From Clostridia bacterium (lineage in GTDB: Bacteria > Bacillota > Clostridia > Christensenellales > SZUA-584), in the NCBI GenBank assembly GCA_018648645.1, contig JABGQS010000004.1:8976-72975 (forward strand): a stretch of 64,000 nt of DNA. The letters run 5' to 3'. Shown one piece after another: positions 48,695-58,147 of this stretch. Every line of letters starts with the position of its first letter. Within the stretch, counting starts at the first letter, position 1. Made by a program: the position numbers and the translations under genes. The notes below the pieces were generated by a model that saw nothing but the letters and a program-made list of their open reading frames with translations, did no database searches and had not been told where the DNA came from.

Positions 48695-49616
48695 TATTCT
48701 TACTCCTTGTTAGTATATAAAGCAGTGCCATTCGCACGGCAACGCCGTTAGTGACCTGCGTGTCTATCACACTAAAATCTGCATCCATGACCGCGCTGCT
48801 AAGCTCTACCCCTCGGTTAACGGGACCCGGATGCATTATCATTACACCTTTTTTGCACTTGTCAATTACATCGTCATTTATGCCGAAGAAAGTGTGATAC
48901 TCTCTGTTGGATGGCAGCAGTCCGCCTTTTTGACGCTCTTTCTGAATGCGCAGCGCCATTACAACGTCTGCATCCTTAACCGACTCGATAAGGTTGTTAG
49001 ATACAGTGACACCCGTCCGCTCTATTGCGCAGGGCATCATAGTGTCCATGCCGCAAATTGTTACGTTTGCGCCGAGCTTTGTCAGTCCCCAAATGTTGCT
49101 TCGTGCAACGCGGCTGTGCATGATATCGCCGATTATCGTTACGTTTAGACCCTTTAGTTCGCCAAACTTCTCTTTCATGGTAAACATATCGAGCAAGCCT
49201 TGTGTCGGATGCTCGTGCATACCGTCGCCTGCGTTAAGCACGCTGCCGCTAAAGTTGTCACCAAGAAACTTGGGCGCGCCTGCAAGCGGGTGGCGTATAA
49301 TCACGATGTCTGTGCCCATTGCTTCAAGTGTTTTGCCCGTGTCGAGAAGCGTTTCGCCTTTTTGTACGCTGCTTGTCGAAACGCCAAGGTTGCTGACAGT
49401 TGCGCCAAGATATTTTCCCGCAAGCTCGAAGCTCATCCTCGTTCTCGTGCTGTTTTCATAAAACAACGACACGATGGACTTGCCCTGCAAGTGCGGCATC
49501 TTTTTTGCGCTTTGCATAAGCAGCTCTTTCATTGTGGCTGCAGACTCGATAATGTAGCTGATCTCCTCGCTTGGCATGTATTGCAGACCAAGCACATCTT
49601 TACTTTGTAATAACAT
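48684..49616 (-). CDS. pyrB: Aspartate carbamoyltransferase catalytic subunit
   Basis: 310 aa. ENSTRTRMSFE, HEHPTQGLLD, HPGPVNRG. Confidence 0.96.
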   Translation of the reverse strand: MLLQSKDVLGLQYMPSEEISYIIESAATMKELLMQSAKKMPHLQGKSIVSLFYENSTRTRMSFELAGKYLGATVSNLGVSTSSVQKGETLLDTGKTLEAMGTDIVIIRHPLAGAPKFLGDNFSGSVLNAGDGMHEHPTQGLLDMFTMKEKFGELKGLNVTIIGDIMHSRVARSNIWGLTKLGANVTICGMDTMMPCAIERTGVTVSNNLIESVKDADVVMALRIQKERQKGGLLPSNREYHTFFGINDDVIDKCKKGVMIMHPGPVNRGVELSSAVMDADFSVIDTQVTNGVAVRMALLYILTRSKNNEA

Positions 49617-49637
49617 TATTTACTCCGTTTTGGTTGT

Positions 49638-49661
49638 GCGAAGGGAGTCTCCTCCCCTCGC
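49638..49661 (-). other. 10-bp GC-rich hairpin with GAGA loop in the pyrP-pyrB spacer
   Basis: The minus-strand RNA is GCGAGGGGAG-GAGA-CUCCCUUCGC. No U-tract follows. The pyrB RBS (GGAG) lies about 15 nt downstream. Confidence 0.6.
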
Positions 49662-49680
49662 CAACTCAGTTATTCTTGTA

Positions 49681-51003
49681 TTACTTCTCTTCTTCTGTTG
49701 CAGATTCGTCTGTTGTACTTTCTTCTGCCAATTTTGCTTCCTTAGATTTATCAAACTTGTCTTTACCCGGAAGCACAGCGTTAAGTATAATACCTGCAAA
49801 CGCCGCGAGCGCGATTCCCGATATCGAGAAGCTGCTGTTGATTGGAACTGTTATGCCAATACCAATGATGAGTACTATAGACAGTATCAACAGATTCCTG
49901 CTGCTTGTGAAGTCTACCTTTGCTTCTGCCATAGTTCTGATACCGATGGCCGCAATCATTCCGAACAATACGATGCTCATGCCGCCGATGACAGGCTGCG
50001 GTATGCTTTGCAGGAATCCGGCAAAGTATCCGATTACAGACAATACCATCGCATATATTGCTGCGATTCTGATAATCTGCGGGTTATAGTTCTTGGTGAT
50101 AGCAAGCACGCCTGTGTTTTCGCCGTATGTCGTGTTTGCCGGTCCGCCGATGAGTCCTGCGAACATAGTTGCAACACCGTCTCCAATGAGTGTTCTGTGA
50201 AGACCAGGATCTTTGAAAAAGTCTTTTCCCACAACGCTGCCGTTTGTTGTGATGTCGCCTATGTGTTCCATAAACGTTGCGATTGAAATCGGTATAATAA
50301 GCAGTATCGCCGTCCAACTGAACTTGGGCAAGTGGAAGTTTGGCAGTTCAATAATCCTTGATGTAACGATAGGCTCAAAGCTCATCAATGCGCCTGTGGT
50401 TTCCGGAACAGCTACTGTAAAGTGCAGTATAACTGCTACAATGTAGCCAACAACAAGACCTAAAAGAATAGGCAATAGCTTGAAGAACCCTTTGATGCAG
50501 ATTGACACAACAACAACCGTTACTACGACAGATGCGGCAACAACCCATTTCGTCCAGAGCAATCCACCAACAAAGTCGGCAGTGATGTCATTAAACAGCA
50601 CTGTCGGAGCTAGTGTAAGACCGATAACGATGATAACCGGTCCTGTTACAATTGCAGGGAACAGTCTTTTAATTTTACCTGGACCAATAAGCTTTGTTAT
50701 TAACGCAAAGATAAGATAGCAGGCACCGGCGCAAATGATTGCACCAGTTGCAAATTCTTTTCCTTCGGTTTCTACAACAAACTTGATTGCCATCATAAAC
50801 GCAAAACTTGAACCGAGAAATACCGGCACCTTACGTTTTGTGATGAAGTGAAACAGCAGTGTTCCGCCGCCCGCCGCAAATAGTGCGACAGCAGGATCGA
50901 GCCCTGTGATTGCCGGTACTACGATTGTAGCACCAAACATGGCAAACAGATGCTGCAACCCCAGTATTAGCTTGTGCCCCCAACTTTGGTTCGCTTTTTC
51001 CAT
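49681..51003 (-). CDS. pyrP: Uracil permease (NCS2 family)
   Basis: 440 aa with about 12 or more TM segments. NCS2 pattern (LGLQHLFAMFGATIVVP, ENTGVLAIT). Sits between pyrR and pyrB. Has an acidic C-terminal tail. Confidence 0.9.
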   Translation of the reverse strand: MEKANQSWGHKLILGLQHLFAMFGATIVVPAITGLDPAVALFAAGGGTLLFHFITKRKVPVFLGSSFAFMMAIKFVVETEGKEFATGAIICAGACYLIFALITKLIGPGKIKRLFPAIVTGPVIIVIGLTLAPTVLFNDITADFVGGLLWTKWVVAASVVVTVVVVSICIKGFFKLLPILLGLVVGYIVAVILHFTVAVPETTGALMSFEPIVTSRIIELPNFHLPKFSWTAILLIIPISIATFMEHIGDITTNGSVVGKDFFKDPGLHRTLIGDGVATMFAGLIGGPANTTYGENTGVLAITKNYNPQIIRIAAIYAMVLSVIGYFAGFLQSIPQPVIGGMSIVLFGMIAAIGIRTMAEAKVDFTSSRNLLILSIVLIIGIGITVPINSSFSISGIALAAFAGIILNAVLPGKDKFDKSKEAKLAEESTTDESATEEEK

Positions 51004-51052
51004 GATGTACCTCCAACTAATTATGTATTATTTCGCGGTTGTTAACCGCATT

Positions 51053-51081
51053 AAAAAAAATGACCCTCAAATGAAGGTCAT
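51053..51081 (-). terminator. Rho-independent terminator overlapping the pyrR stop codon
   Basis: The minus-strand RNA AUGACCUUC-AUUU-GAGGGUCAU forms a 9-bp stem, followed by U8. The UGA stop lies inside the 5' arm. Confidence 0.8.
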
Positions 51082-51614
51082 TTTAATTCGTTGATTGCTA
51101 CGTTGTCTACGCCGTCAAACTCTTTGACGCGGACTTCGACGATTTCGTTGTTTGATGTCGGTAAGTTTTTCCCGATGTAGTCTGCGCGGATTGGGAGTTC
51201 CCTGTGACCCCTGTCAACAATGACAGCAAGTTGTATATAGTTTGGGCGACCGAGATCCATCATTGCGTCTAGTGCCGCACGTACCGTTCTGCCTGTGTAC
51301 AAAACGTCGTCGCAAAGCACAATTGTTTTTTTGTTGATGTCAAACGCGATGTCTGTGCCTTTTATGATGGGATGGTCTGCAAGAAGCGATAGGTCGTCTC
51401 TGTAGAACGTGATGTCGAGTGAACCTATGTCTACTTTCTCGCCTTCGAATTCTAGTATGTATGCAGCAATTCGTTTCGCTATCGGAACACCTCTGCGATG
51501 AATGCCAATTAGTGCCACGTTTTGTGCGCCCTCGTTCTTTTCGATAATCTCGTGTGCGATTCGCTTTAGCGCACGCTCTAGTGCCAAGCTGTCCATAATT
51601 AATGCTTTGTCCAT
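51078..51614 (-). CDS. pyrR: Bifunctional pyr operon attenuation regulator / uracil phosphoribosyltransferase PyrR
   Basis: 178 aa. PRT fold with [12 protein letters not shown]. First gene of the pyr cluster. Confidence 0.96.
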   Translation of the reverse strand: MDKALIMDSLALERALKRIAHEIIEKNEGAQNVALIGIHRRGVPIAKRIAAYILEFEGEKVDIGSLDITFYRDDLSLLADHPIIKGTDIAFDINKKTIVLCDDVLYTGRTVRAALDAMMDLGRPNYIQLAVIVDRGHRELPIRADYIGKNLPTSNNEIVEVRVKEFDGVDNVAINELK

Positions 51615-51668
51615 GCTTTGCCTCCCTTACATTCACCCGAAACTCCTTCGTCGGGTGTCCGATAGTAC

Positions 51669-51738
51669 AAAAAAACCTCGCCGGTCGGCAAGGTCGCATA
51701 GCATAACTAATTTGACACCTTGCCGGACTCTCTGATCC
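51669..51738 (-). promoter_or_regulatory. PyrR-dependent transcription attenuator (binding loop + antiterminator/terminator) in the pyrR leader
   Basis: The minus-strand RNA UUUAAAUCGGAUCAGAGAGUCCGGCAAGGUG carries the CAGAGAG core of PyrR binding loops. Its GGCAAGGU segment can pair with the 5' arm of the downstream terminator CCUUGCC-GACC-GGCGAGG-U7 (51669-51694). Confidence 0.75.
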
Positions 51739-51767
51739 GATTTAAAGGATGTTGTACTGCTGGAAAT

Positions 51768-51796
51768 AAGATATCACAAGGCAGTGTGTTTGTAAA
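51768..51796 (-). promoter_or_regulatory. Candidate promoter of the pyr operon
   Basis: On the minus strand, TTTACA-N17-TATCTT, about 25 nt upstream of the PyrR binding loop. Confidence 0.45.
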
Positions 51797-51884
51797 GAGT
51801 AAATTGAAATTAACGTACAATTTAATTGCTTTGTAATATTTGTCGTGAGCTGGCGCTAAATTGTCGTTTGCCAAAGTTGCTTTT

Positions 51885-53369
51885 CTACTCCCGCCACTCC
51901 ATGTTACCGATTACCCAGCCGGTTACCTCGCCGAGCGATGGGTGAATAACCATAGATTTGTACATTGGGTCGAACGTTCCGCCTTCAACGCGAGGGCTTA
52001 TGGGGTCAAGTATATCGTCATCGTGCACGTGCTTTAGCTTGCAAACGAACTCTGTGTTCATCAAATACACGAACGCTTGAATGAGTATTGCCGCGCGCGG
52101 TCCGATGATATGCGCGCCGACAATTTTCATGTGCTCATCTGCAAGCAGCTTTACAAACCCATCGTCATCATCGCCCTTTGCATAGCCCATCGCAAAGCCT
52201 TTCGCCACAGATGAGTAGCGGTTAGTGCCGACCAGAATCTGATCGTGTGCGTCAAGCGCTTGGCTTTCTGTCATGCCGGCGTGTGCTATCTGCGGGTTTG
52301 TGAATATCGCCCACGGCACTTTTGTGTAATCTGCGTCACGTTTTTCGTCAGGATTGAAGATATTGTTGTTGCATATTTCAGCCTCGTAGTTAGCTTTGTG
52401 ACGAAACTGGAACTTGCCGTTAATGTCACCGTACGCCCAAATATTTTGCACGGATGTTTCTAAAAATTCATTTGTAGCAATCCAGCCTCTAGCAGAAGTC
52501 TTAACGCCTGTATTTTCTACTTTTAAAAGGTCTGCGTTAGAGCGTACACCTGATGCGACTAATATCTCTTCGCACACTATCGATTTGGTTTCACCAGTAT
52601 TGACGTCTTCAACGGTTACTTGTTTCAGATTACCTGATTTTTGTGCAGAGACAGCTTTGTGATTCAGCAGCACGTCAATTCCGTTATTAACGAAATTTTT
52701 CGCGAGCGTCTCACTTATTTCCTCCTCTTCGAGAGATACCATGTGCGGCTGCATTTCTACAACCGTGACCTTTGTTCCGAATGCAGAAAAGATGTGGGCA
52801 AATTCTGCGCCGATTGCGCCTCCTCCGATAATGACCAGACTCTTCCACGGCTTTTTTGGAAACTTGTCGCCAAAGAAACTTTCGGAAATAACGTAACCCG
52901 TTTCCTTGAGACCTTCTATCGGCGGAACAAAACTGCGTGCACCGGCAGCAATTACAAACTTTGCGCCTTCAAACTCTTCTGAGTAGTCGCCGTTTTTATC
53001 CTTGACGTGCATTGCGAACGGCCGCGTGAACTCCCCTGTACCTTTGTATACGGTTAAGCCTTGCACATTCGACAAGCTTTGCTCGATGCCCTTGTGCTCG
53101 TCTATGGTGTGCCACATCCGCTCTGTTATCAGACCCCAATCGACTTTCGGTTCGACAAACTCTAAACCGACCTTTTTTGCGTGCTGAGCTTCACGAATCA
53201 CGTCGGCCGGATGCACAAGTATCTTTGAAGGAAGGCAGCCGCGGGTTAAACACGTGCCGCCAAACTTGGAGTTCTCAATCAGCGCGCAGCTCATACCGTT
53301 TTGAAGCGCGGCTGATAATGTGGATAAGCCTGCTCCGCTACCGATAATTACGATGTCATATTTTTTCAT
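51885..53369 (-). CDS. FAD-dependent pyridine nucleotide-disulfide oxidoreductase (dihydrolipoyl dehydrogenase / mycothione reductase-like)
   Basis: 494 aa. IIGSGAG FAD site, redox-active GGTCLTRGCLPSK, second Rossmann motif IIGGGAIGAEF, C-terminal HPSLGE dyad region. Confidence 0.85.
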   Translation of the reverse strand: MKKYDIVIIGSGAGLSTLSAALQNGMSCALIENSKFGGTCLTRGCLPSKILVHPADVIREAQHAKKVGLEFVEPKVDWGLITERMWHTIDEHKGIEQSLSNVQGLTVYKGTGEFTRPFAMHVKDKNGDYSEEFEGAKFVIAAGARSFVPPIEGLKETGYVISESFFGDKFPKKPWKSLVIIGGGAIGAEFAHIFSAFGTKVTVVEMQPHMVSLEEEEISETLAKNFVNNGIDVLLNHKAVSAQKSGNLKQVTVEDVNTGETKSIVCEEILVASGVRSNADLLKVENTGVKTSARGWIATNEFLETSVQNIWAYGDINGKFQFRHKANYEAEICNNNIFNPDEKRDADYTKVPWAIFTNPQIAHAGMTESQALDAHDQILVGTNRYSSVAKGFAMGYAKGDDDDGFVKLLADEHMKIVGAHIIGPRAAILIQAFVYLMNTEFVCKLKHVHDDDILDPISPRVEGGTFDPMYKSMVIHPSLGEVTGWVIGNMEWRE

Positions 53370-53436
53370 GTTTTATCTCCTTGATATATAGAGGTCGATG
53401 ATATAAAAATGCTGTAGTCGTAGGGAATTCTTACTT

Positions 53437-53465
53437 ATTATAGCATTTGCGTGACGAGATCGCAA
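53437..53465 (-). promoter_or_regulatory. Candidate sigma-A promoter of the oxidoreductase gene
   Basis: On the minus strand, TTGCGA-N17-TATAAT. Confidence 0.55.
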
Positions 53466-53487
53466 AAACTAATGTTGAAAATAAATG

Positions 53488-53516
53488 TTGACAATACGTT
53501 TTTCTACATCTATAAT
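53488..53516 (+). promoter_or_regulatory. Consensus sigma-A promoter of the leu operon
   Basis: TTGACA (53488-53493), a 17-nt spacer, TATAAT (53511-53516). Confidence 0.8.
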
Positions 53517-53522
53517 ACTTAC

Positions 53523-53782
53523 AACAAAAGCTTTGATGGAGAACAGTAGTTATTTGAATGCTTTGTAGAGAGTCGTCGGGTGGTGAAAGATGACAGGCAA
53601 ACAATGATGAAGCTCGCTCCTAAGCTGCTGCGGTGAATGGTTGAGTAAGTGCAGACGGTGTGGCTCTACGTTATAAGAGTACGGGCATTATGATGTGCCC
53701 TGATAAGCTGGCGGTATTTATTATCGCAAGCAGAGTGGTAACGCGAGTCCTTCGTCTCTGTAATGATGAAGAGGCTTTTTTT
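53523..53782 (+). promoter_or_regulatory. T-box riboswitch leader, probable leucine (CUC) specifier
   Basis: Stem I elements UUGAUGGAGAACAGUAG, AGAGAG and GGUGGUGAAAG. Candidate specifier GAAG-CUC-G at 53613-53615. T-box sequence AGAGUGGUAACGCGAG (53732-53747). Terminator GUCCUUCGUC-N8-GAUGAAGAGGC plus U7 (53747-53782). Confidence 0.9.
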
Positions 53783-53830
53783 GTATCTTAAAACGCGATA
53801 CTGCACAAAAATAAAGCGAGGAGGCAAACA

Positions 53831-55354
53831 ATGAAAACGATTAAGATTTTTGACACAACACTGAGAGACGGCGAACAATCACCGGGGTGCAGCATGAACC
53901 TGCAAGAGAAGATTGAGGTAGCTCGTCAACTGGAGAAGCTGAATGTTGACGTTATTGAGGCCGGGTTTGCCATAGCTTCGCCGGGCGATTTCCTATCGGT
54001 GCAGACGGTTGCGCAAACAATACGAAATGCAAAGGTTGCGAGCCTCAGCCGCGCGCTCACAAAAGACATTGACAGGTCTTACGAGGCATTGAAAGATGCG
54101 GTTGCGCCCAGAATACACACGTTCATCGCGACGTCGCCTATACATATGAAGTATAAGCTGAAGATGGAGCCGGATGACGTGTTAGCTCAAGCAATTGAAA
54201 TGGTTACATACGCAAAATCGCTTTGCAGCGATGTCGAGTTTTCGGCAGAGGACGCTTCACGAACCGAGTCGGAGTTTTTGTACCGGGTTATTGACGGCGT
54301 TATCAAAGCAGGCGCAACGTGCGTGAACATCCCCGACACAGTTGGCTATTCTACCCCTGATGAGTATTACAACATTATCTCGGGCGTTATGAGCCATGTA
54401 GCCGGTATCGAGAAAGTAGACGTGTCTGTGCACTGCCACAACGATTTGGGGCTTGGTGTTGCTAACTCACTCGCGGCGATTCGAGCGGGCGCTACGCAAG
54501 TCGAGTGTACTGTGAACGGAATCGGTGAGCGGGCAGGAAACGCTGCGCTGGAAGAAGTGGTGATGGCGGTAAGAACGCGGCATGACATTTACGAGTGCAA
54601 AACGAACGTTGACACTACGCAGATATATAACTCGTCGAGGCTCGTGTCAACGATTACGGGCGTGTCAGTACAGCCAAACAAAGCTGTAGTCGGCAAAAAC
54701 GCTTTTGCTCACGAAGCAGGGATTCATCAGCATGGGGTCTTGGCAAACAAGGAAACTTATGAGATAATGACGCCTGAGTCAATCGGGCTTGCCGAAAACA
54801 CTATAGTGCTGGGTAAGCATTCGGGCAAGCATGGATTTGCGCAAAGGCTAAATACACTTGGTTATGAGCTTGACGATAAGCATTTGAAACGCGCGTTCTC
54901 TCAGTTTATAGAGCTGGCTGACAGAAAAAAAGAAGTCACGGATATGGATTTACGCGCGCTTGTCGAAACGGACAGCATTGATATCCCGAACGAGTACGAG
55001 ATTGATCAATTTGTTATTACAAGTGGCAATAAGATGACTGCTTCGGCGGAGATGACACTTGTTCACGGTGGCAAGCAAATCAAGGAAACTTCGAGCGGAG
55101 ATGGTCCTGTGGATGCAGCGTTTAACGCGATAGAGCGGTGTATCGGAACGTCGTTTAAACTGGATGACTACATCGTTCGCAGCGTCACAAGCGGTAAAGA
55201 TGCGCAGGGCGAGGTTGTTGTTAAGCTGACTACTGCAAATAACAAGAAAGCAACCGGCAGAGGGCTTAGCACGGACATTGTTGAAGCGAGCGTGCGAGCG
55301 TATATTGACGCCATTAACAAATATTATTACGAATTAAAATTGGAGGATAGATAA
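53831..55354 (+). CDS. leuA: 2-isopropylmalate synthase
   Basis: 507 aa. [23 protein letters not shown], and a C-terminal LeuA regulatory domain. Confidence 0.96.
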   Translation: MKTIKIFDTTLRDGEQSPGCSMNLQEKIEVARQLEKLNVDVIEAGFAIASPGDFLSVQTVAQTIRNAKVASLSRALTKDIDRSYEALKDAVAPRIHTFIATSPIHMKYKLKMEPDDVLAQAIEMVTYAKSLCSDVEFSAEDASRTESEFLYRVIDGVIKAGATCVNIPDTVGYSTPDEYYNIISGVMSHVAGIEKVDVSVHCHNDLGLGVANSLAAIRAGATQVECTVNGIGERAGNAALEEVVMAVRTRHDIYECKTNVDTTQIYNSSRLVSTITGVSVQPNKAVVGKNAFAHEAGIHQHGVLANKETYEIMTPESIGLAENTIVLGKHSGKHGFAQRLNTLGYELDDKHLKRAFSQFIELADRKKEVTDMDLRALVETDSIDIPNEYEIDQFVITSGNKMTASAEMTLVHGGKQIKETSSGDGPVDAAFNAIERCIGTSFKLDDYIVRSVTSGKDAQGEVVVKLTTANNKKATGRGLSTDIVEASVRAYIDAINKYYYELKLEDR

Positions 55355-55355
55355 A

Positions 55356-56615
55356 ATGGGAATGACAATGACACAAAAAATATTGGCAAGCAAAGCGGGT
55401 ATGGATGAAGTTCATGCAGGTCAGTTTATCGAAGCGAATATCGATTTGGCGCTTGGCAATGACATCACAACACCTGTTGCGATAAACGAGTTTAATCGCT
55501 CGGGACGTGCTAAGGTGTTTGATAAAAACAAAGTTGCGATTGTGCCCGATCACTTTACGCCTAACAAGGACATCAAGGCGGCCGAGCAGTGCAAGTTCAT
55601 TCGCGAGTTTGCATTGGGCCAGGATTTAACCAATTACTTTGAAGTCGGGCAGATGGGTATTGAGCATTGTCTCATCCCTGAAAAAGGGCTTGCTGCGCCC
55701 GGCGATGCGATTATCGGTGCGGATTCGCACACGTGCACTTACGGTGCGCTTGGCGCGTTTTCTACCGGCGTTGGCAGTACGGACTTTGGCGCAACAATGG
55801 CGCGAGGCAAGTGCTGGTTTAAGGTTCCGTCAGCAATCAGCTTTGTGCTGAAGGGCAAAATGAGCAAAAACGTTTCGGGCAAGGATTTGATACTACACAT
55901 CATAGGCATGATTGGTGTTGACGGTGCGTTGTATAAGTCGATGGAGTTCAGTGGTCCGGGCGTTGCGAATCTTACAATAGACGACAGGTTTACTATCGCG
56001 AACATGGCGATAGAAGCGGGTGCAAAGAACGGCATCTTCCCTGTCGATGATATTGCTATGGAATACGTCAACGACCACGTAACCAAAGAGTATACGGTGT
56101 TTGAAGCTGACTCGGACGCGGAATATGACCAAGTTATCGAAATTGATTTAGCAGAACTTCGACCGACTGTTGCTTTCCCGCATTTACCGGAAAACACGAA
56201 GACTATTGACGAAGTCGGCGATATCGACATTGACCAAGTCGTAATTGGCAGCTGCACAAACGGGCGTATCACTGATTTTAGAATTGCAGCGGATATCATG
56301 CGCGGCAAGCAGGTCAAAAAGGGTGTGCGCGTTATATTGTTCCCCGGAACGCAGAAGATTTACTTGCAGGCGCTTGATGAAGGATTGATTACGGATTTCG
56401 TTAAAGCTGGCGCGGTGTTCTCTACGCCGACATGCGGACCCTGCCTTGGCGGTCACATGGGTATACTCGCGGCAGGAGAGCGCGCGGTGAGCACGACGAA
56501 CAGAAACTTTGTCGGGCGAATGGGACATGTCGAGTCTGAAGTTTATCTCGCGAGTCCGGCAGTTGCGGCAGCGTCTGCACTTACCGGAAAAATAACCGAC
56601 CCTGACAAACTATAA
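55356..56615 (+). CDS. leuC: 3-isopropylmalate dehydratase large subunit
   Basis: 419 aa aconitase-family protein. Fe-S ligand regions [23 protein letters not shown]. Confidence 0.95.
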   Translation: MGMTMTQKILASKAGMDEVHAGQFIEANIDLALGNDITTPVAINEFNRSGRAKVFDKNKVAIVPDHFTPNKDIKAAEQCKFIREFALGQDLTNYFEVGQMGIEHCLIPEKGLAAPGDAIIGADSHTCTYGALGAFSTGVGSTDFGATMARGKCWFKVPSAISFVLKGKMSKNVSGKDLILHIIGMIGVDGALYKSMEFSGPGVANLTIDDRFTIANMAIEAGAKNGIFPVDDIAMEYVNDHVTKEYTVFEADSDAEYDQVIEIDLAELRPTVAFPHLPENTKTIDEVGDIDIDQVVIGSCTNGRITDFRIAADIMRGKQVKKGVRVILFPGTQKIYLQALDEGLITDFVKAGAVFSTPTCGPCLGGHMGILAAGERAVSTTNRNFVGRMGHVESEVYLASPAVAAASALTGKITDPDKL

Positions 56616-56625
56616 GGAGAAAACA

Positions 56626-57105
56626 ATGAGCAAAGTATATAAGTACGGCAACAACGTTGATACTGATGTGATTATCCCGGCGCGATACCTGAACACCGTT
56701 GACCCAAAAGAGCTGGCTGAGCATTGCATGGAGGACATCGACACCAATTTTGCTAAAACGGTGCAGACGGGCGACGTCATTGTGGCAGAAAACAACTTTG
56801 GATGCGGCTCTAGCAGAGAGCACGCCCCTATCGCTATAAAGGCGTCGGGCATATCGTGCGTAGTCGCGAACACGTTTGCACGCATATTCTTCCGCAACTG
56901 CATCAACATCGGACTGCCGATACTCGAGTGTCCGCAAGCTGTGGCAAACACGGACAGCGGCGACGTGCTCGATATCGATTTTAGCAGCGGCGTTATCAAA
57001 AACGTAACGAAAAACAAGCAGTTTAAGGCAGAACCTTTTCCTGAGTTTATGCGCAAAATTATTGATGCAAATGGTTTGATTGGATATATCTGCGAGGAGG
57101 CTTAA
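56626..57105 (+). CDS. leuD: 3-isopropylmalate dehydratase small subunit
   Basis: 159 aa. [20 protein letters not shown]. Confidence 0.94.
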   Translation: MSKVYKYGNNVDTDVIIPARYLNTVDPKELAEHCMEDIDTNFAKTVQTGDVIVAENNFGCGSSREHAPIAIKASGISCVVANTFARIFFRNCINIGLPILECPQAVANTDSGDVLDIDFSSGVIKNVTKNKQFKAEPFPEFMRKIIDANGLIGYICEEA

Positions 57106-57106
57106 T

Positions 57107-57703
57107 ATGAAACTAAGGCAGTTGCTGTTTGCGGCATTGTTCGCAGCACTTATGTGCGCTACAAAGTTTATACCACCTATTCAAATCATACCTAACCTGC
57201 CAATAACATTTCAAACTTTTGTTGTTTTTTTGGCAGGTTTGATGTTAAGACCCCTATATTCATTTGCTTCCATGATGACTTATACCGCTCTGGGGCTTAT
57301 AGGACTACCGGTTTTTACTTATGGAGGAGGCATAGGTTACCCTCTTGCTCAGCCTTCGTTCGGCTTTATAATTGGATTTAGTATTTGCGCATTATTGATA
57401 AGTTTATTTGTACGTAAAAATTTAATAATGCTTACTTCAAAAAATCAGCATAACGCAAAGGTTTGTGTAATAGTAAAAATCATCTTTTTTTCATTATTGT
57501 CAATCTGTGTGTTATATGTAATCGGAATAGCTTACCTGTATGTTTGGCTTGAAAAAAATACTGAGAACGTAATGTCAATTTGGACTGTAATAAAAACATA
57601 TACCGGTTTTTACTTACTGATAGATATAGTTAAATTCGGTTTTGCGATACCTTTAGGATATGCTGTTCTCAAAAGATTGCCCCCTAAGTTTAAACAGATC
57701 TGA
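57107..57703 (+). CDS. bioY: BioY-family biotin transporter S component
   Basis: MKLRQLL start (ATG 57107) after GAGGAGG, 1 nt after the leuD stop; the ORF-track start at 57080 overlaps leuD. BioY pattern PITFQTFVVFLAGLMLRP, GLIGLPVFTYGGGIGY, PSFGFIIGF. Confidence 0.85.
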   Translation: MKLRQLLFAALFAALMCATKFIPPIQIIPNLPITFQTFVVFLAGLMLRPLYSFASMMTYTALGLIGLPVFTYGGGIGYPLAQPSFGFIIGFSICALLISLFVRKNLIMLTSKNQHNAKVCVIVKIIFFSLLSICVLYVIGIAYLYVWLEKNTENVMSIWTVIKTYTGFYLLIDIVKFGFAIPLGYAVLKRLPPKFKQI

Positions 57704-57716
57704 GAATACAAAAAAA

Positions 57717-57750
57717 GACCCTGTGACTTTACACCGTCGCAGGGTCTTTT
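57717..57750. terminator. Bidirectional rho-independent terminator between bioY and the DUF4870 gene
   Basis: AAAAAA-GACCCTGTGAC-TTTACACC-GTCGCAGGGTC-TTTT, with an 11-bp stem. Confidence 0.85.
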
Positions 57751-57759
57751 ATTATGCGA

Positions 57760-58122
57760 TTATTTCTGTTTTTCAGCTAATCCATAAACAATTGGAATTT
57801 TGAAAATACTGTTCTGAGTTGCTTTGACTATGCAAATGATAGAAAGCACGATGAAGCCAACCCATGCCAGATAACTAACGATGCTAAAGAAAACCCATAG
57901 CCCGCGTACGTTCCAAAAAGTTACGGCCATCAAAATGTAAATTATCACTATAAAAATGATATATGCGATTCCAAGAAACAGCGATTGCCATGCATGCAGT
58001 CTAACAGTTTTGTCGTTCTTTTCGGTTACCAATAATATAATTGCACTAATAATTGAAATGACATATGCAAACCAACTTGCTGTCTTTTGATCCATGCCCA
58101 ATGAATTTTTACTTTCAGCCAT
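57760..58122 (-). CDS. DUF4870-family small membrane protein
   Basis: MAESKNS start (ATG 58122) after GGAGG; the longer ORF-track start overlaps the predicted promoter. Pattern LLVTEKNDKTVRLHAWQSLFLG plus 3-4 TM helices. Confidence 0.7.
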   Translation of the reverse strand: MAESKNSLGMDQKTASWFAYVISIISAIILLVTEKNDKTVRLHAWQSLFLGIAYIIFIVIIYILMAVTFWNVRGLWVFFSIVSYLAWVGFIVLSIICIVKATQNSIFKIPIVYGLAEKQK

Positions 58123-58147
58123 TATGTATACCTCCGCTTTTTTCTTT

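Noticed and set aside
49576-50286. 236-aa plus-strand ORF, the longest unexplained ORF in the track
   Set aside because: It lies entirely antisense to the well-supported uracil permease gene. It is Cys/Arg-rich and low-complexity, with no RBS. This is a typical shadow ORF.
51004-51077. Searched for the second PyrR binding loop in the pyrR-pyrP spacer
   Set aside because: No CAGAGAG-type core is present, only a plain terminator and a small GCGGUU/AACCGC hairpin. I therefore did not annotate a PyrR site here. The degenerate hairpin inside pyrR is reported only as a hypothesis.
51340-51699. 119-aa minus-strand ORF overlapping the pyrR 5' half and its leader
   Set aside because: It is an out-of-frame overlap with pyrR and runs through the attenuator terminator. 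It is Arg-rich and not protein-like.
53666-53878. 70-aa minus-strand ORF upstream of leuA
   Set aside because: It overlaps the T-box sequence, the terminator and the leuA start. The region is fully explained by the riboswitch leader.
55739-56317. 192-aa minus-strand ORF inside leuC
   Set aside because: It is antisense to the aconitase-family leuC, Ser/Pro/Ile-rich, with no RBS. Shadow ORF.
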